Below are positions 1 to 15,000 of a stretch of 64,000 bases of DNA, piece by piece. Both the position numbers and the translations under genes were made by a program. The stretch lies in the NCBI GenBank assembly GCA_048940605.1, contig JBHLOJ010000001.1, positions 9,185 through 73,184 of the forward strand, read 5' to 3'. This stretch comes from Promethearchaeota archaeon (GTDB lineage: Archaea; Asgardarchaeota; Lokiarchaeia; Sigyniarchaeales; SOKP01). Every line of letters starts with the position of its first letter. Position 1 is the stretch's first letter. The notes beneath the pieces were generated by a model. That model did no database searches. It had not been told where the DNA came from and saw nothing but the letters and a program-made list of their open reading frames with translations.

Positions 1-3000
1 CTCAGACTGGTCAAGATTCGTGCTGTTAATATCGATACCTTTTGGGATGATACTCTTCATTACACCTGTATATATGCCGGTTTTTGCAACCACTGAAACC
101 ACACCACCAGTATTTATACCTTCCTCTAACAATTCATTATATCTTAATGAGCTAATCACAATAGGCTGATATAATGATGAAGCAGGCTGGGTAAGCGAAT
201 ACCTATCATCTGTACCATCAATGAAAATATACGCAGGACGTCCGTTAACACAGTAAGGTCTTACGGTATCATATTTATTGCCTGAAACAACTTCCACTGC
301 ACTTTCCAAGAATCCAAGGGTATTATGGGGATACTTCGAATAAACTCGGGTACGAGTGGTATCCTTATAAGGTGTAAAGCCATAAAAGTTCATCCCGTTA
401 TATGCAGGTAGCTCACTGGTAACTAAGAAATAATCGAGGTTAGTGTAAGCAGAAAGGGATTTATCTAATACTTCTCTTATATTTGCCAAATCTTCAAAAT
501 TAGCAGCAGAACCTAGAAGTCCAAGTAACACCAACCTACCATAAAACTTAGAATAATCATCATAACTACCTTTAAACCTTAAAGCTTTTGGTGGAGTAAC
601 TATGGCTTGGGCTGTAAGTAGCCCCTCACTATCCCCAACCGGTATATATTTTGCATTTGGACTGCCATGATGATGTTCCCATAACCCATAAATTTCATCA
701 CTTCTTTTATCACTCATTATCGTAGGATCTGGAGATTCAATGGGATATCCTTCAGCATTAAGCGGCATATATATCTGAGAAGCAGCTCTCTCTCGTTGAA
801 TTTGCCGTTTTTGATCTTGAATCCAGACGGATGCACTGAAATAGACAACAGCAAAAGCAAAACCGGCAATCACCCCTATACCTGATGAAGAAAGACCTGC
901 AATGGTCCCCAGAATTGAAATTCCCGCAGCCACACCTCCTGCAACACCCATCGATAAGACTTGTTCATACAAATCGCTTTGCATGCCATCCTTATACATA
1001 TTCCAAGTTGAGCCATAGACTTGAGTATAAACTTCATAAAATAATCTTGGGGCATAAGCATTGATATTTTTTGCAGGGTTAAGCTTTGAAATATCAAAAA
1101 TATGATCCTTTGGAACAAATTTGTCAAATTCAGGCAATTCAAACTTAGCTTTTTCCATAAAAGCATCCATCTCTTCGATATCATTATGAAAGAGTGTACC
1201 CTCATGCTCTATCTCCCATTCAAACGATTTAGAAACAAATGAGAACCCAATTGGATCATTTTCATCTAAGACTTGATAAGGTGTGAGATCATGTTTCCCA
1301 TCATAATTATACGCAATGGAAATGACATCATAAATTTCATCATTATCCTCATCAGGAAGAAGTATAAAGATAGTTTCGTAAAAGCCATTTGAATCTGAAT
1401 CATAATATAGATAATGTCCTTGAGTTTTTGCTACGTCATATGTAAATGCATACTTATCGGAAGTGTAATACACCAGACCATCCGATGGTGTAACAAAAAT
1501 TCCTAGAAGTTTAAAATTGGTTGTCCCGACAATACTACCTGCCTTAGGACTGGGTTCTAGATAATCCCAGTATTGGCTAAATCGATTGTGAAGACTAATG
1601 GTGATGGTCCTTTCTAATGTGTTTTCTACTTCTGGTTCATTAGCATCATCTTGGGTAGTAACAGTTTCAAACTTGATAGGTGCGTTATCTATACCCCACG
1701 TTTCTGTACTCCAGTTTAGTTGTGAGAGATCAGCTACCACAAATAATGGAGCCTCTATTTCAAACTCTTGATCCGTGTCTTCATTGGTGACTGAGAGTGT
1801 TTTAATATCAGACTCAAGCCGAGTATCATCAAATGTATCAGCAAAATTATTTGCATAGCTACGGACTTCCACCAACTCACCATTTTCCCAATCGCTATAG
1901 GTAAGAGTTTCTTGAGTAATTTGGTCAGTATGATATATTGTCCGATTCACTTCACCAAATTTAGTATATGTTTTTTCAATCCAAGCGATAATTTTCTCTC
2001 TACTCAAGACATCTGGAAGGTTCGTATAATCTTGGGTTTCTATATCTTCTATGGTAAGATAATTGATAAAGGAAAGAAAGTCATTTTTGCCATAGTAATC
2101 AAGACTATCGTCTCCTTCATCTGGATCCTTAGATTTAATCTTCCGCGAAAATTTTACAAGACCCGTCCATTCATTTGCAATAGTTTCAACAGCGAATGAA
2201 TCTGTTACTTTTTCATAGGCCACATGCGTGTCTGTTAACCCATCGAAATCAATATCGAGAGTTACAGCGTAAAAGACCGTCCTTGTGGTACGGTTGGTAT
2301 AAAGTGTCTCTTGTACTCCTCTTTGTGCATATACGAGGTAAGCTTTACCTGTACTTCGATAGTCAAGACAAAACCATCGCGTTCTTTCCTCTGAAGTTAC
2401 CTCTTTGTCAAAAGTGTGTTCAATGAATTCAAAATCTTGAATAATGCGATACCAGATGATATCACCTGACGTAGAATTCATAATGCCGTATTTAGTAATA
2501 TCTATCCTTCCATCTTTTTCTATATCAATTTCTTGCTTATAATCAACTTCTCCATCGCCATATAGATCCGCTTCATAAATAGTATTATATGGATCTTCGA
2601 CAACCTCAAAATGGAGATAAGATTCACTTGTATCATACCCATTAAGGCTATTATTGACACTTAATTGAGCATTCCGAGTATAATCTATTGAAGCAAACGA
2701 TGTGTAATCAGAAACAATTGTTTGGGCATCTTCCGCAAAAAAAAATTCAGGACTATCTTCTGTGTAATAGAAAGAAATGACAAGATAATCGTAAAATGTC
2801 GCTTCGATATCAGTTAAATAGGTTTGATTGAAATAATCGGAAAGAATGATCTGAGTCCTTTCAGATACAGGTCCTGCGGTGAAATTTACAACTATAGTAA
2901 TAAGGTTAAATTGATTTAATAGCCCATCACCAGAATCTAAATCAGTGATGGTTATATTTTTACTTTGAATATCAAAATCGATGTCATAATTAACACTATC

Positions 3001-6000
3001 ATTTACAATTTCGGTTTTCGTAAGGTTTGGATATAACCCAACTATCTTAAATAATGAAAAATTAAGGAAATCTTCGATAAAATCATACTCAGTTTCAAAA
3101 ATATAGGAATAGGAACTTGAATTATCATAGACATTAAACGATTCCGTATAATACTGAACTACATCGTAATCAGAATTATTATTGACAATAATCTCGTCAT
3201 ACCACTCTTCATAATGGGCATCAAGTAAATATTCTTCATTATACACTAACTCAAGGGAATAAGCATCAAGATTTTCATAGTTAAGATCAATAATGGCGTT
3301 CCACGAAATATTTAGGCAATATTCGAAATAAAGGGTGCTATTTGGATCGACCATTGCAGGGAGTTCAATTTGCATTCCCCAATACTCTTGAAATTTGTCA
3401 AATCCGCTGTTCCACGTAAAGTCTCCTGTAGTGGTGTTATAGAGAAGCTGATACTCATCTCCTGAAATTCCTGCGGAATAGTAATTATAATTTTCATCAT
3501 AAATTTTCAGATATTCTAACCATTTTCCTTCATCGGCATCATCATAAAAGAGGGGAGTGTTCTCCAAAGTAAGTTGATACTCATCAGATTCAGGATTAGT
3601 ACTGGACATAACATTCTCGCTTTCTGTGTACTGCCATATTCTCGAATTGAAAAATTCAAAAGAATCAGCAGTTCCTTGAGCTTCTTGAAAGATAGCAACT
3701 TCATGGACGGTTAACTCATAGCCCGGATTTGGAACAGAAAAGAGGATATGAGAAAAATTTAGATATCCCTCTTCATCTGTAAAAGATTCAAGGGTAGTTA
3801 AGTTGATATCGATGAGTATGTTCATATATGATCCTAAGTATTCCGTATCAAATGGAGTAAGCTGAAGAGTGATATTGTAGCTGTATGGGGCGGTAAAGTT
3901 ATCATACGATTTGATATCCTCAGTATTTATTAACAAACATTCTGCTACACTTGGTAAGGAATCATAATCATATGGTTTCTTATGGAAATAGCATTTTTCA
4001 AATCCAATTTGGATTGCTTTTTCTACAGGAGTATTATAACGAAGGACAAACTCATCTCCACTCTCAAAGGTGCATACTTCATCAGGATTATCGGGGTTAA
4101 TATAGATGCTTGGGATATGTAGGATATACATATCTCTGTCAAATAGGTCTTGCTCTATCGTCCAGTCAAATGAAACATCGTCTGGAAGAGCTAAATACTC
4201 TAATTTATTATTGAAAAGGTAGGCAACCTCCAAAGAACTTTCGTTAATAAAGAGTGTATGGCTAAGGGGGAACTTCATTATTAATTGTCCATCTTCGTTT
4301 TCAACAGCTTTCAGGCTATCCCACTCTATAAACTCAAACTGAGGTATCCCAATTACATTATCAATACTATACTCATCATCTTCTCTAAACTCAGGGAGGA
4401 TGTGAATCGAATACAAATCCTTATTTTCTATGAGATCTATCTTGATATTGTAATCCCACTTCATTATATCTTCTACTGATATTGTCTGTTGAGCAAAACA
4501 GCTGGTAGCATCGTATAAATTAATGGTAATATTATCTAGGCACTGAATGTTTTCAAACACAGTGTTCATGTATAGCGACAAATATTCATCATTCCATAAC
4601 TTTGTCTTTATTTCATTAGGTAACTCATCTACTAAATCAAAAGCTACCACTTCATCAGGTTCTAAGAAAGCTGTAACCTGAGTAGCATAGCATACCGAAT
4701 CAGTTTCAGTACTTAGGCTTTCATCAATATAATAATATGCGTTAAAATTCGGAATCATGTCAAATTGTTCTCCATTAAGAACTTCCCAGTTTGTAAGAGC
4801 TAAATTATCTGTTATATCTTCATCCTCGGGATCAAAAGTATATCGATATGTGAATTGAGTATAATCTTCTGGCTGGATAATTACTGAAACATAGAACTCA
4901 GTAAAAGCATTAACAGTCACAATAATATTTCCGTCATTCTTCAGAGTAACTGTATGTTCATTTGGATCTACCGTATAACTGTCTCGATCTAAATATTGTT
5001 CAGTGCCAAATTGGTCATAATAATACACGAATACTGCTGGATCTTCCTCATCGTCGACAAATTCAGATACATACTTATCAAAATTATTTTCCATATAGGT
5101 AAACACGAAGTTTTGCTCATTATAATCAAATTCAAACTTTTCTTCATAGCATTCTCTCTGATTTAGGCGATAGCTTAAGTAAAGTTGATACGTATCGTTG
5201 ATGGAAAAAGAGTACTCAAATGGAGAAATGATAGCACTTCCCGATAGCTTCCTGAAACGGTCACGATGGACTCCATTATCAGTCACCGAAGTATCATAAA
5301 TGTTAGACGTGGTATCAAACACATTCGTCCACGGATAGATGCACATTAAGAAATGCTCTTCATCAAGAAGCCCTGGTTGAAGTTTAAATTTATAGGTAAG
5401 ATTAATAGATGTTTTATTTGCAATATAACCTTCTTCAGTAGAGTTTCTATCCTGGAAATAAATATAATTATCTTCGATTTTGAGCACATATTTATTAAAT
5501 TCTGAGGTATCATTCGAATAAATTGGATCTTTGCCTGGAATCAAAAGTGTGATATGGTATGCGTCATGTTCTACACCCACATAATCATAGTTGAAAGGTG
5601 TATGACTCAAAGCATATTTTAATTGATCCGAGATAAACTCGATTTCTACAAAGGTATATGAATCTTCTACAAGGTGCCATGTACTTCCCTTATATGTCTG
5701 AACATCCTTTTCAATCTCAGTGAAATTTAGCCAATAATAGAAACTTACATTTTCATCTTGGAAAATCTCATCCTTTGCAACCGGATATTGCAATTTATAG
5801 AGTTCAATGGTCTCCTCATCATTATTATTCCAAATTTCTACATAAATATTCTTAAACATAGCTGTATCATTAAATTGCTCATCGGGAACGATATTAAGAA
5901 TCGAAAATGATTCATTCTCATCCCCATAATACATTACCGTAATATTAGTCTGTATTTCTGGCTGGAAGGTAAACGCATCTTGTCCATTATGGATATAACT

Positions 6001-9000
6001 ATTATTGATTGAATTCCATTCTAAGGCAGAAAAGTCGATAGTGAAGCTGATACCGTTGGCAAAGTCAGGATGCATGGAATAGGAATCTATAGATGTGATG
6101 CTATAATCCCAATCAATAATTGAGACATATGGTTCTTCTGGATCTTCCACAATGTCATAGTCAAATCCTTCCGCAAAGGTATAATAAACCCAGTAATCCA
6201 CCATGATCTTATTACTTATATTATAATCTCCTGCGTCTTGTTCTGAAAGATAGAATACTAAATATTTACTGCCATTTGTGGCAAATTCAAGGGAATAATC
6301 GGTAGTACCATTCATTATTTGGGTATCTGCTCTGGTATCAAAATTATAAGACGTACCTGAAGTTAGCACTTGACAATAGGTTCCATCATAATACTTTCCT
6401 ATTGGAAATCCCTGTACAGAAAGATCATATTCATAGGGCGCTCCAATTGCCCTAATATGAGCTATACTTACCTCATCTGGTAATTGAATACCGAAATATG
6501 CACCCGTAATATTTCCCAAAATTTCCGAAAGACTACCATCATCAATTACATCACTTGTAAGGTCGAATAATTGATGATATAATATAGTACTTGACACATC
6601 TATCTCGTGGGTGGTCAAAAACTGATCAGTTACATTGAACGTATCTTCCCATGAGGTAGGCACTCCACTCGAAATGGAAGATTCATAATCGTCTACTTTT
6701 CCACTTTCATAGGTCATGTAGATCCTTTTATGGTAATCATATTCACCGCTCACTTCTGTGCCACTACCATAATAGAGGTTAACGGAACCATCCTGATACA
6801 ATACTTCATCTATGTCATACGCGTCAGTATATAATGCTAAGTTAGGAATCATGTAAAAATTCTCAGAAGATATTCCCAATGTTTCCATCGTACCGAGATA
6901 ATTGAAATTGTAATCACCAGACACTCCATCCAACGATACAAGGCTGGAATATGGTAAATCTTCAACTTCTACGGTAATTTCTGAATCCTCCAATAGATCA
7001 TAAGGAGATTCGCCATAATAATCATCGATAAATGGTCGGGATAGAATCTGGTAAAAGTGAGGGGTATTAATTACTGCATCTACATCAAGATTACCCTCAC
7101 TATCAAGGGGCATGGTCGAATACATCTCAACCAGATGTTCATCACAGAGATAGGTGAAATCTTCTATAATTACATAAGATATATAGTTGGAATTATTGCT
7201 CTCTTGGGAAATTGCAATATAGAGATCAAGCGAACCTGCACCAAAAGCCTCATAAAGCCCTTGTAGATCCTTATTATAGTGAATGGTATAGGTTTCTGAA
7301 ACTAAATCTGGTTCCATTGCAGTATAATTTAACATAAGCTCTATGGTATCAGTATAATAAGAACCATAACCACCAGTAGCTACATAATAAAATTTAACAA
7401 GGAGCATATTGTCTTCAGTTGGAAAACTATCAATTTGGTCCATGATAATAGGATCTAATTTGATCGAAAGATTAATCTCAGGTGCCCATAACAACGGAAG
7501 GCTGTATAACTCCAATACAGTTTCCGTCGATGAATTGTCCAATCCGATATACAAGGATGGATCATCTAATGTTAAGGAACTGATTGGTCCTGAACTACCT
7601 TTTATCTCATTAGCGCTTTGATTATTATAAATTAACCGAACTGAATCGCTATAGGCTTTTCCTACTTTCTGGAATCCGTATCCTAATTCGTATTGTGAAC
7701 GTACACCATAAATTACATACACTTTATCTCCACTAGCTATTATTGGTGAAAAGGTTAATTGAGGAATCCCATTAGATGCTCCTGTACTATAACCTTGACG
7801 GCTGCTATTATATATTGTGAAATAATTATCGTCCCACTCATCAATATCTACATTATTAATACCATAATCTAAAGAGAAAGTTGCGGTATCACCATCTCCA
7901 ATAATTGTCTGATTATATCGCACAAACATAGGAGAATAGAAGTCTTCGCTCGCAGGAAGGAATCCATCCTCCAAGTCAAATTCAATCCAACTGCTATTTA
8001 AATCATTTTCTAAACCTGGTCCTAAGGTGATATTTGCATAATTTTTAGAATCAAAATCAAAATCAAACTTATAGATAACAGTAAATGAGCTATAATTTTT
8101 AATTATCGGTGCGGGATCAAAATCATCAAATTGAACGGTTGATTGCGCTTGTAAGCTGTATTGAGAACCAGAGTATGGTATAGTCCAATCAGTAACCTCA
8201 TCTCCACTTTCATTTCTAACTTCTAAGGGCGTAATGGATTCAAGTTCTAGCAAGGTAAGTAACTCACTGCTATTATCAAGTGCATATTCATCAATTTCGG
8301 GATCATAGGTATATTCTACTTCAAGCCCATAATCAACCCCGTTTTCAGTACCTCCCAGTGATATTGCTCCAGTATCAGGTTCAATTGATTCATCTTCATA
8401 ATCTATAGAAAATTTAAGCTCTGAAGTATCGTAATCAAAATCATTTTCATAGAGCGACCAAATGGCATTAGGCGTATTCGATGAGGGATTTTCTTCTAAA
8501 CGTAAATCAAGTAAATGAATGACGACATCGCGATTATCACTAAAGATCTGATAAGCATTGTAATCAATGTTAAAGCTTAAATTAATAGAACATGCAAGCG
8601 ACATGAGATAGGCATCTTCTGGACCTAATCCGATGTCGAATTTTAGCAGTCCTTCTCTATTTACGGGGCGTAGCATCACACCTTCCCGTAGTGGGAATGG
8701 TTCCTCATCAGGTAAGGTGCACATTAAATTGATCTCAACATAATCTCCAATAGATAATTCTTTCTCCTCTTCAGTCCCAGTACCACTAAAGTTAGCATCC
8801 ACCCAGAGAGTCCCTATCAAGTGAGGATAGTTCGACTCGAAGGGAGCATAGTCTTCCCCATCAAACGCACTTCCATAGGCGCTAATAAACGGATCGATTA
8901 AGTCAATTTTGGTGTTTTTCTCTCCAAATTTAAGGTAGCTTGGTCCAATAACTTCGAGGGGTACGAATAAATATGGAGAAGCAAGATAATTATCAGATTC

Positions 9001-12000
9001 AGCTATTTGTATTCGTATCGAAGAAATACCAGGTCCTGTTTTATTAATTATTGATACCATTGTTTCATTATCTAAGGTAAAGTAGCCACTATTAATGGTC
9101 TCATGAAGTTCTTTATAGAGCGATTCTACCACATTTCCTGCCGGATTGATGAAATCAATGTAGGCATAATAGGTCCAATCATCTTCAAATACACTCTTTC
9201 CGGTAGATTCTAACTCAGCAATGTCGTGAATTGCGGTAATTGACTCAAGTGTGTGGTTCATGCCATCTGGTATGGGATTTGCTTCATGGACGTAAAGATG
9301 AAGGGTTAGAGGTTCATATTGGTCAATTATATCTTCATCAGGTAACCTATAGGTATAATAATCATTGGAAGCAACAGTTATATGATTTTTATGGAGATGG
9401 ATGAGTCCTTCAACATACGTACTATCCTGAAATTGCGATTTAGTATAGTTACTTGCTTGATACCTTCCATCATATACATCCCCATCTTTTGAACAGAGGT
9501 ATTGGTCGGGAGTATTAATTGCTAAATCATCCCAGTCAAAATCAAAACTATTGAATGCCCTAATGTAAAGCACCACATCCTCTACGGAATTAATACCCTC
9601 CACTAAACCGAAAATATCAATGAAATCTTCGATATAGTTCTGATCGAATTTTACAGAGAATTCTGCGATACCTTCACTATTAGTTTCGCTCCACATCCAT
9701 ATATAAGGCCCATAGGACGTATAATTGGTATCATAACCATCAATTTCGTAGGTGAGCGGCTTTCCAAACATTTTACTGGTACTGATTTCACTTGTTCCCG
9801 GACCTCTAAAGGTAATTTCTTCAGTTCCCAACGCTTCAAAATAGGGATGAATACCATATTCATTAATTATTGCTCGGGTATTTAAGAATTTAGACTTACT
9901 CTTAGGCATTAGCCCGATTTGAAGCCATACTACTTCATTCTCTATCTTTTCGATGGTTCCTTCAGTATCTCTTGTAAGTTGGAAGCTAAACGTATAATCT
10001 TCGTTTACCAATGCATCTATCATTACTCGAGTATACTCTTCACCTTGCTCAATCGCTTCCGCAGGATTATAATTGAAAATATAATCACGATCTTTATCAA
10101 ACTCCTGGTCAAATACAAAATCTTGGCGAATATCATCGACCATCATCAATTTAATCTTTTCGGGGATGGTAATAATGGTAAACGGTTTTACCCATTTGTT
10201 GCTTTCCATATGAGAGTATCGCTTTTCACCTGAATCAGCCTCATACTCAATAGTCACTAAAGAGTTAGAGGACTTATTATATACTGACAAGGGAAGATAA
10301 GCAAGAGCCATATGAACCAGCTTTCTTCCGCCACCTAATGGAAGGGAAAGCCCGGATTCCTTAAGGATTGCTTCGTAGGAAAACATCCCTATGCTCTCGA
10401 CATTAATTGTATCAATTGGGATATCATTTCCTTGTGAATCTTGCTGAAGGAGTAATAGATTCAACCCTAAATCAACTTTTCGGGTAAGTGGGGCATGATA
10501 ACTAATCAAAAATTCATCATATATGCTAAAATTTCCACTCTCGAGGATGGTATTATAAATATCATAGAAGTAAATGGAATATCCATCTTCAGAAAGGGTA
10601 TAATCTTGGTCTGCGACAAACTCATATTCATATCCCGTCCCGTTTATCACTTTTATCGAATAAATCTGTGAAACTGAATCGTCCAACGGATGGGGAATTG
10701 GAACTGGATAATAGGCTAGATAACACGCTTGATAGACATCTCCAGAAGAGTAATCTAGACCAGTAATATTTAATTCTCCGTTTTGATTGATTGACCATGT
10801 ATAATCAGAATTATTTACCCATTCAAATTCTTCAGAACTGCTTTTATTTACATAGATATTTACCAGATCAATTATTCCTGTCTGAATTATCTGCCCTTCG
10901 TCATATTCAGGTCCTTCAATTATAATACTCGAAGATTCAAATTCTTCATATAATACCCGTTTATCAATAATGAATTCTTCGATGAAATCATTTTCTACAA
11001 TCCAATTTTTTAAGGCCATATCATATTTTGCAAACGGGATCTCCACTAAATTCTCCTCACGATCATTTCCGTACGAATCAAGAGTGCTATATGATAAGGG
11101 GGTAATTGTTTTTCCTTTCACTGCTTTATAGGTAACAAGCAAATAGGTATCATAGTCGATAAAGTTATCAGCATTTTTCTTCCAATAAATATTTAATAAA
11201 AAGGCATTATCCACATAACTAATGGTTGGATGGTTAAGATAATCTAAAATATCTCCTTCATAATAAGAAGTTCCGTTAAGCGTCGAATAGAGGGGTACAA
11301 CCTCTAAGTTATTATTTAGATAATAGATCGCAAATTCTTCTCTGTCAATATAATCAGGATCTCCAAAAGGAGAGATTGCTTTTAAGCGGTGTACCGTTTG
11401 ACCATCCAGAGCTTCTTGGTATCTATATTCATACACTTCATCTTCAATGAGGTATCCATCATTATCTCTTATTGCGCCATCAAGTACGAGATCCTTCCCA
11501 TATTCTAATTCATAGGTAGTCTCTTGAAGATAAATCGGATCACTCTCAAAAACAGATTCTTGAGTAACGTTTATTATAAACGTAGGAGCATCAATAAACG
11601 AAATATTGAAAATAGGTGTACCATGGGAGCCAAATGTAACATTGAAGCTCGATAAAAGTATGGGAACCTTAAATCGAGAGTAATAGTATTTCGAATAGTA
11701 TCCTGATAATGAATCCACATCTCCCCTCGTTACCCAATAACCAATACCGTATGCAAGATCCTCTCCTGTACTGGTATTTATGAGCGTGACAGGGACTTCA
11801 TACAAACTATTAAGTAATACAGGGCTTAACGTATCGTTCCATCTATAATTCACTTCAATAAAGTCCGAATATTCGATATCTACGGTACTTTGAGGCGTTA
11901 TTTGTTTGCTATATGCAAAAGCCTTTACATTAGTGAACTCAATATCGAGTTTTGCGATATTAATAGTTGTTTCAGCATAGAAATCGTAATAATCTGGCGA

Positions 12001-15000
12001 GGTAAATCTGACAGTAGATTGGACATGACCATTCTCATCACAGGTGATCTCATCGCTAATTAAATTATATAATGTGAAATCTAAGATCCCTACCCTTTGA
12101 TAGGGTAAGTTCATAACAGAATATTCTGAACAATTTTGAATAAAGGATCCTGGCCATCGTTCCGAATCAGTTATAGTAATAGAAATCGATTCCAAGGCTC
12201 TCATATCAAATAAATCATAGGGATTTGACATTTGGATTCTATTTAAATCAATATATAATGGAATTGACATCATTTTACCTAATCCGAATATTTCTACTTC
12301 ATAATCAGCCTTTACACTATCTAAGAAATATTTACGGAGATCAACATCATAAAATCCAACAGGGAACGCATTATCATATATATCGTTAAAACTGATCGTT
12401 AACGTCTCAATAGTTGTATGGTCATAGTATACCGAGGGCATGGTGAAATTAATGAAAAATCCATCTGCGTTCGACAAACTAAGTTGGTTATATACTTCTG
12501 AAGCAGAATAATACTCAAAATAAATTGAATTATCCAATACATCCGTATTATTTTCATATAATTCGTGAACAATTGAAAATTCTGGAAACTCTACAATACC
12601 CTCTGTATCAACAATAAAATCAAGTTCAGAGGTATTTAAGTGTACAAGATTATTATTATCCGAGCTATTAAAATAAAATACCCTGTCTAAAAGGATATAA
12701 TCTTCCAACCCAAACTCCCTATCATATAAATGATCGAGATCTAAAGTTGCATATGATGTGTACGCGATAGGGTTCATAATAACGATATCTTCATCAACAA
12801 GCACATGTTGTACCGCAACAAACATACCATCTTCTTGGACTTCCCAAGATATGTGGTTAAGAGGATCAATGGAGGAATAAATATTTTCCGAAATAAGCGA
12901 ATCAGAATAGCCAATAAGGGTATCTACAGAATTCTCATTGCCAAAAGAAAGTTTATAATATCCATTATCCAAATAAGCAGTTCCATAATTAAATCCGTTA
13001 ATGGAGGCATCAAGATACTCGACATTATTAAATTGTTCTGTATTTTCAAACGAAATTTCCCGATTTCCACCCAAATTCAGGTCGATCGTATCATTAGCTA
13101 GGCTAATAGCTATCTTTCGTGAAAAATTGATATAAGAATACGTATCTCCGTTATAGGTCGTATTTACAGCCTCATTTCCTGCTATATCGATTACCTTATA
13201 TTCAATCGTAAAATTGGCAGGTATTTCTCCTAAATCGTCCAACATGGTATATTGGCTCGAGTCAAATTCTTCCCAACTAGAGGTAGAGCCCATAGTATTA
13301 TCAATTATTCTCACCAGTTCGGTGTACAATTTCTGTTCTCCATGGGAAAACGAGAGCGAAGTAGTCGGATCTGCGGTATTGCTTTCAAAACTTTCTGTAC
13401 CATTTCCTATTGATATTTCTGGAGTTGGTTTGGTAAAGTCAGCAATAAAGTTATAACGGTAACTACCGGTATTGTTTAATATATCCGTAAGGAAGAACAT
13501 CACCTCAACGGTATCATTCGTAGAAGCACCAGTATCCTCTATGGTATTGTTCCATGTGTACTCGAATACGTCTTTTAGATAAGGATGGTGAGTCATATTG
13601 CCTATAAACTCGTCTGCCGTACCATTATAATAGTAAAATTTTACAGAAGTAACTTCATTATCTGTGATAAACATAAAATAGGTGTTGTTGATTAAAAACG
13701 GTTTGAAGTGGTAAGAATGATTAAGACCTAATTTGTCAATCTCTAATTGAAATGGACTTGCAGCTAACCCTTGATATCGAATTCTCACTCCATTTGTAGA
13801 GTTGACATAAGAACTATCAATACCCAATTCAAATGATGTATCGTCAAACGCTACAGTATTCATAACACTTTCTACTTCATACCACGTGGATGACGTCCAA
13901 TTCCATATATCTAAATCTATAACAGCAGACTCATTTGTTTTGTATGAATATTTAAGGAAATCGACGGAGTCTTCGGTATCAACTTCCATATCTATTTGGA
14001 CATCTAAAAGATTCTCTGAATTATTATTATCACCAATAACATAAACAGAATCCCAAGTCATTCCGACCGCATCAATATAGGTATCAAATACAGTGGTTCC
14101 AGTAGGAGTACTTATACATATTTTATCTACAGTATCATTTTCAGCAAAATTAAAGGCTCCATATTCTTCCCCATCAATAAACACCCTACAAGAATATTGA
14201 GATAGTCCCATATATCCTCCCGTAGTCGTTTCAAAATCAACTCTCATATGATACCATGTACTTGCGGTAACAACGTCTGGTTCAATAGTATACCATCCCA
14301 AATCATCATATACTTGCCAATCATTGGTATATTGTCTAATGCAGAATAATGAGGTGTCAGAAGAATCTCTAAGGAACCAATAATGAGCTTGTCCTCCTAT
14401 TGATTGAGGTCCTGTTCCTAACCACCATTCAAAAGTACCATAGGATTGGTCGGGATCGATATCATGGGTTAAAGTAAGAGCACCATAACCGCCATCATGC
14501 ATTTCAATTACTTTATTGTGTCCCAGATAACTTCCTTCTATTTCAGCAGAAAATCCACCAGGGATAGATGCATCGTCAACAAAATCAATGTTAATTCCAG
14601 AAGTCCCATCTTCTTCATCTTTAAAACTATAGGTGGCAAAATAATGACCAGTATCTTCAACAGAGCTTATTTTCGAATAATTCGCATCAATAGTGTCTAG
14701 TTCTCCATAGGGCGTCTGAAAAGTTCCGTTAGTTAATATAAAGTCTTCTGGTTGCTCAGGGGATTCAAACATTTGTTCAGTTAAATTTTCTGGCTGTATT
14801 AGATTCCCTGGAGGGATTAAGAATCGTAAATTAGCATCAGTATATTCTTGGTCTAGTAAAATATTAAAATTCCCTGAAGTACTCTCATTAAACTCATAAA
14901 AGACTTGTTGGCGAACCATGAGTCTTTGACGAGTATCTGCATTTCGTAAATATCCCCCGAGGATACCAATATCAGCTTCAGTATCATCTTCTAGTACTGA

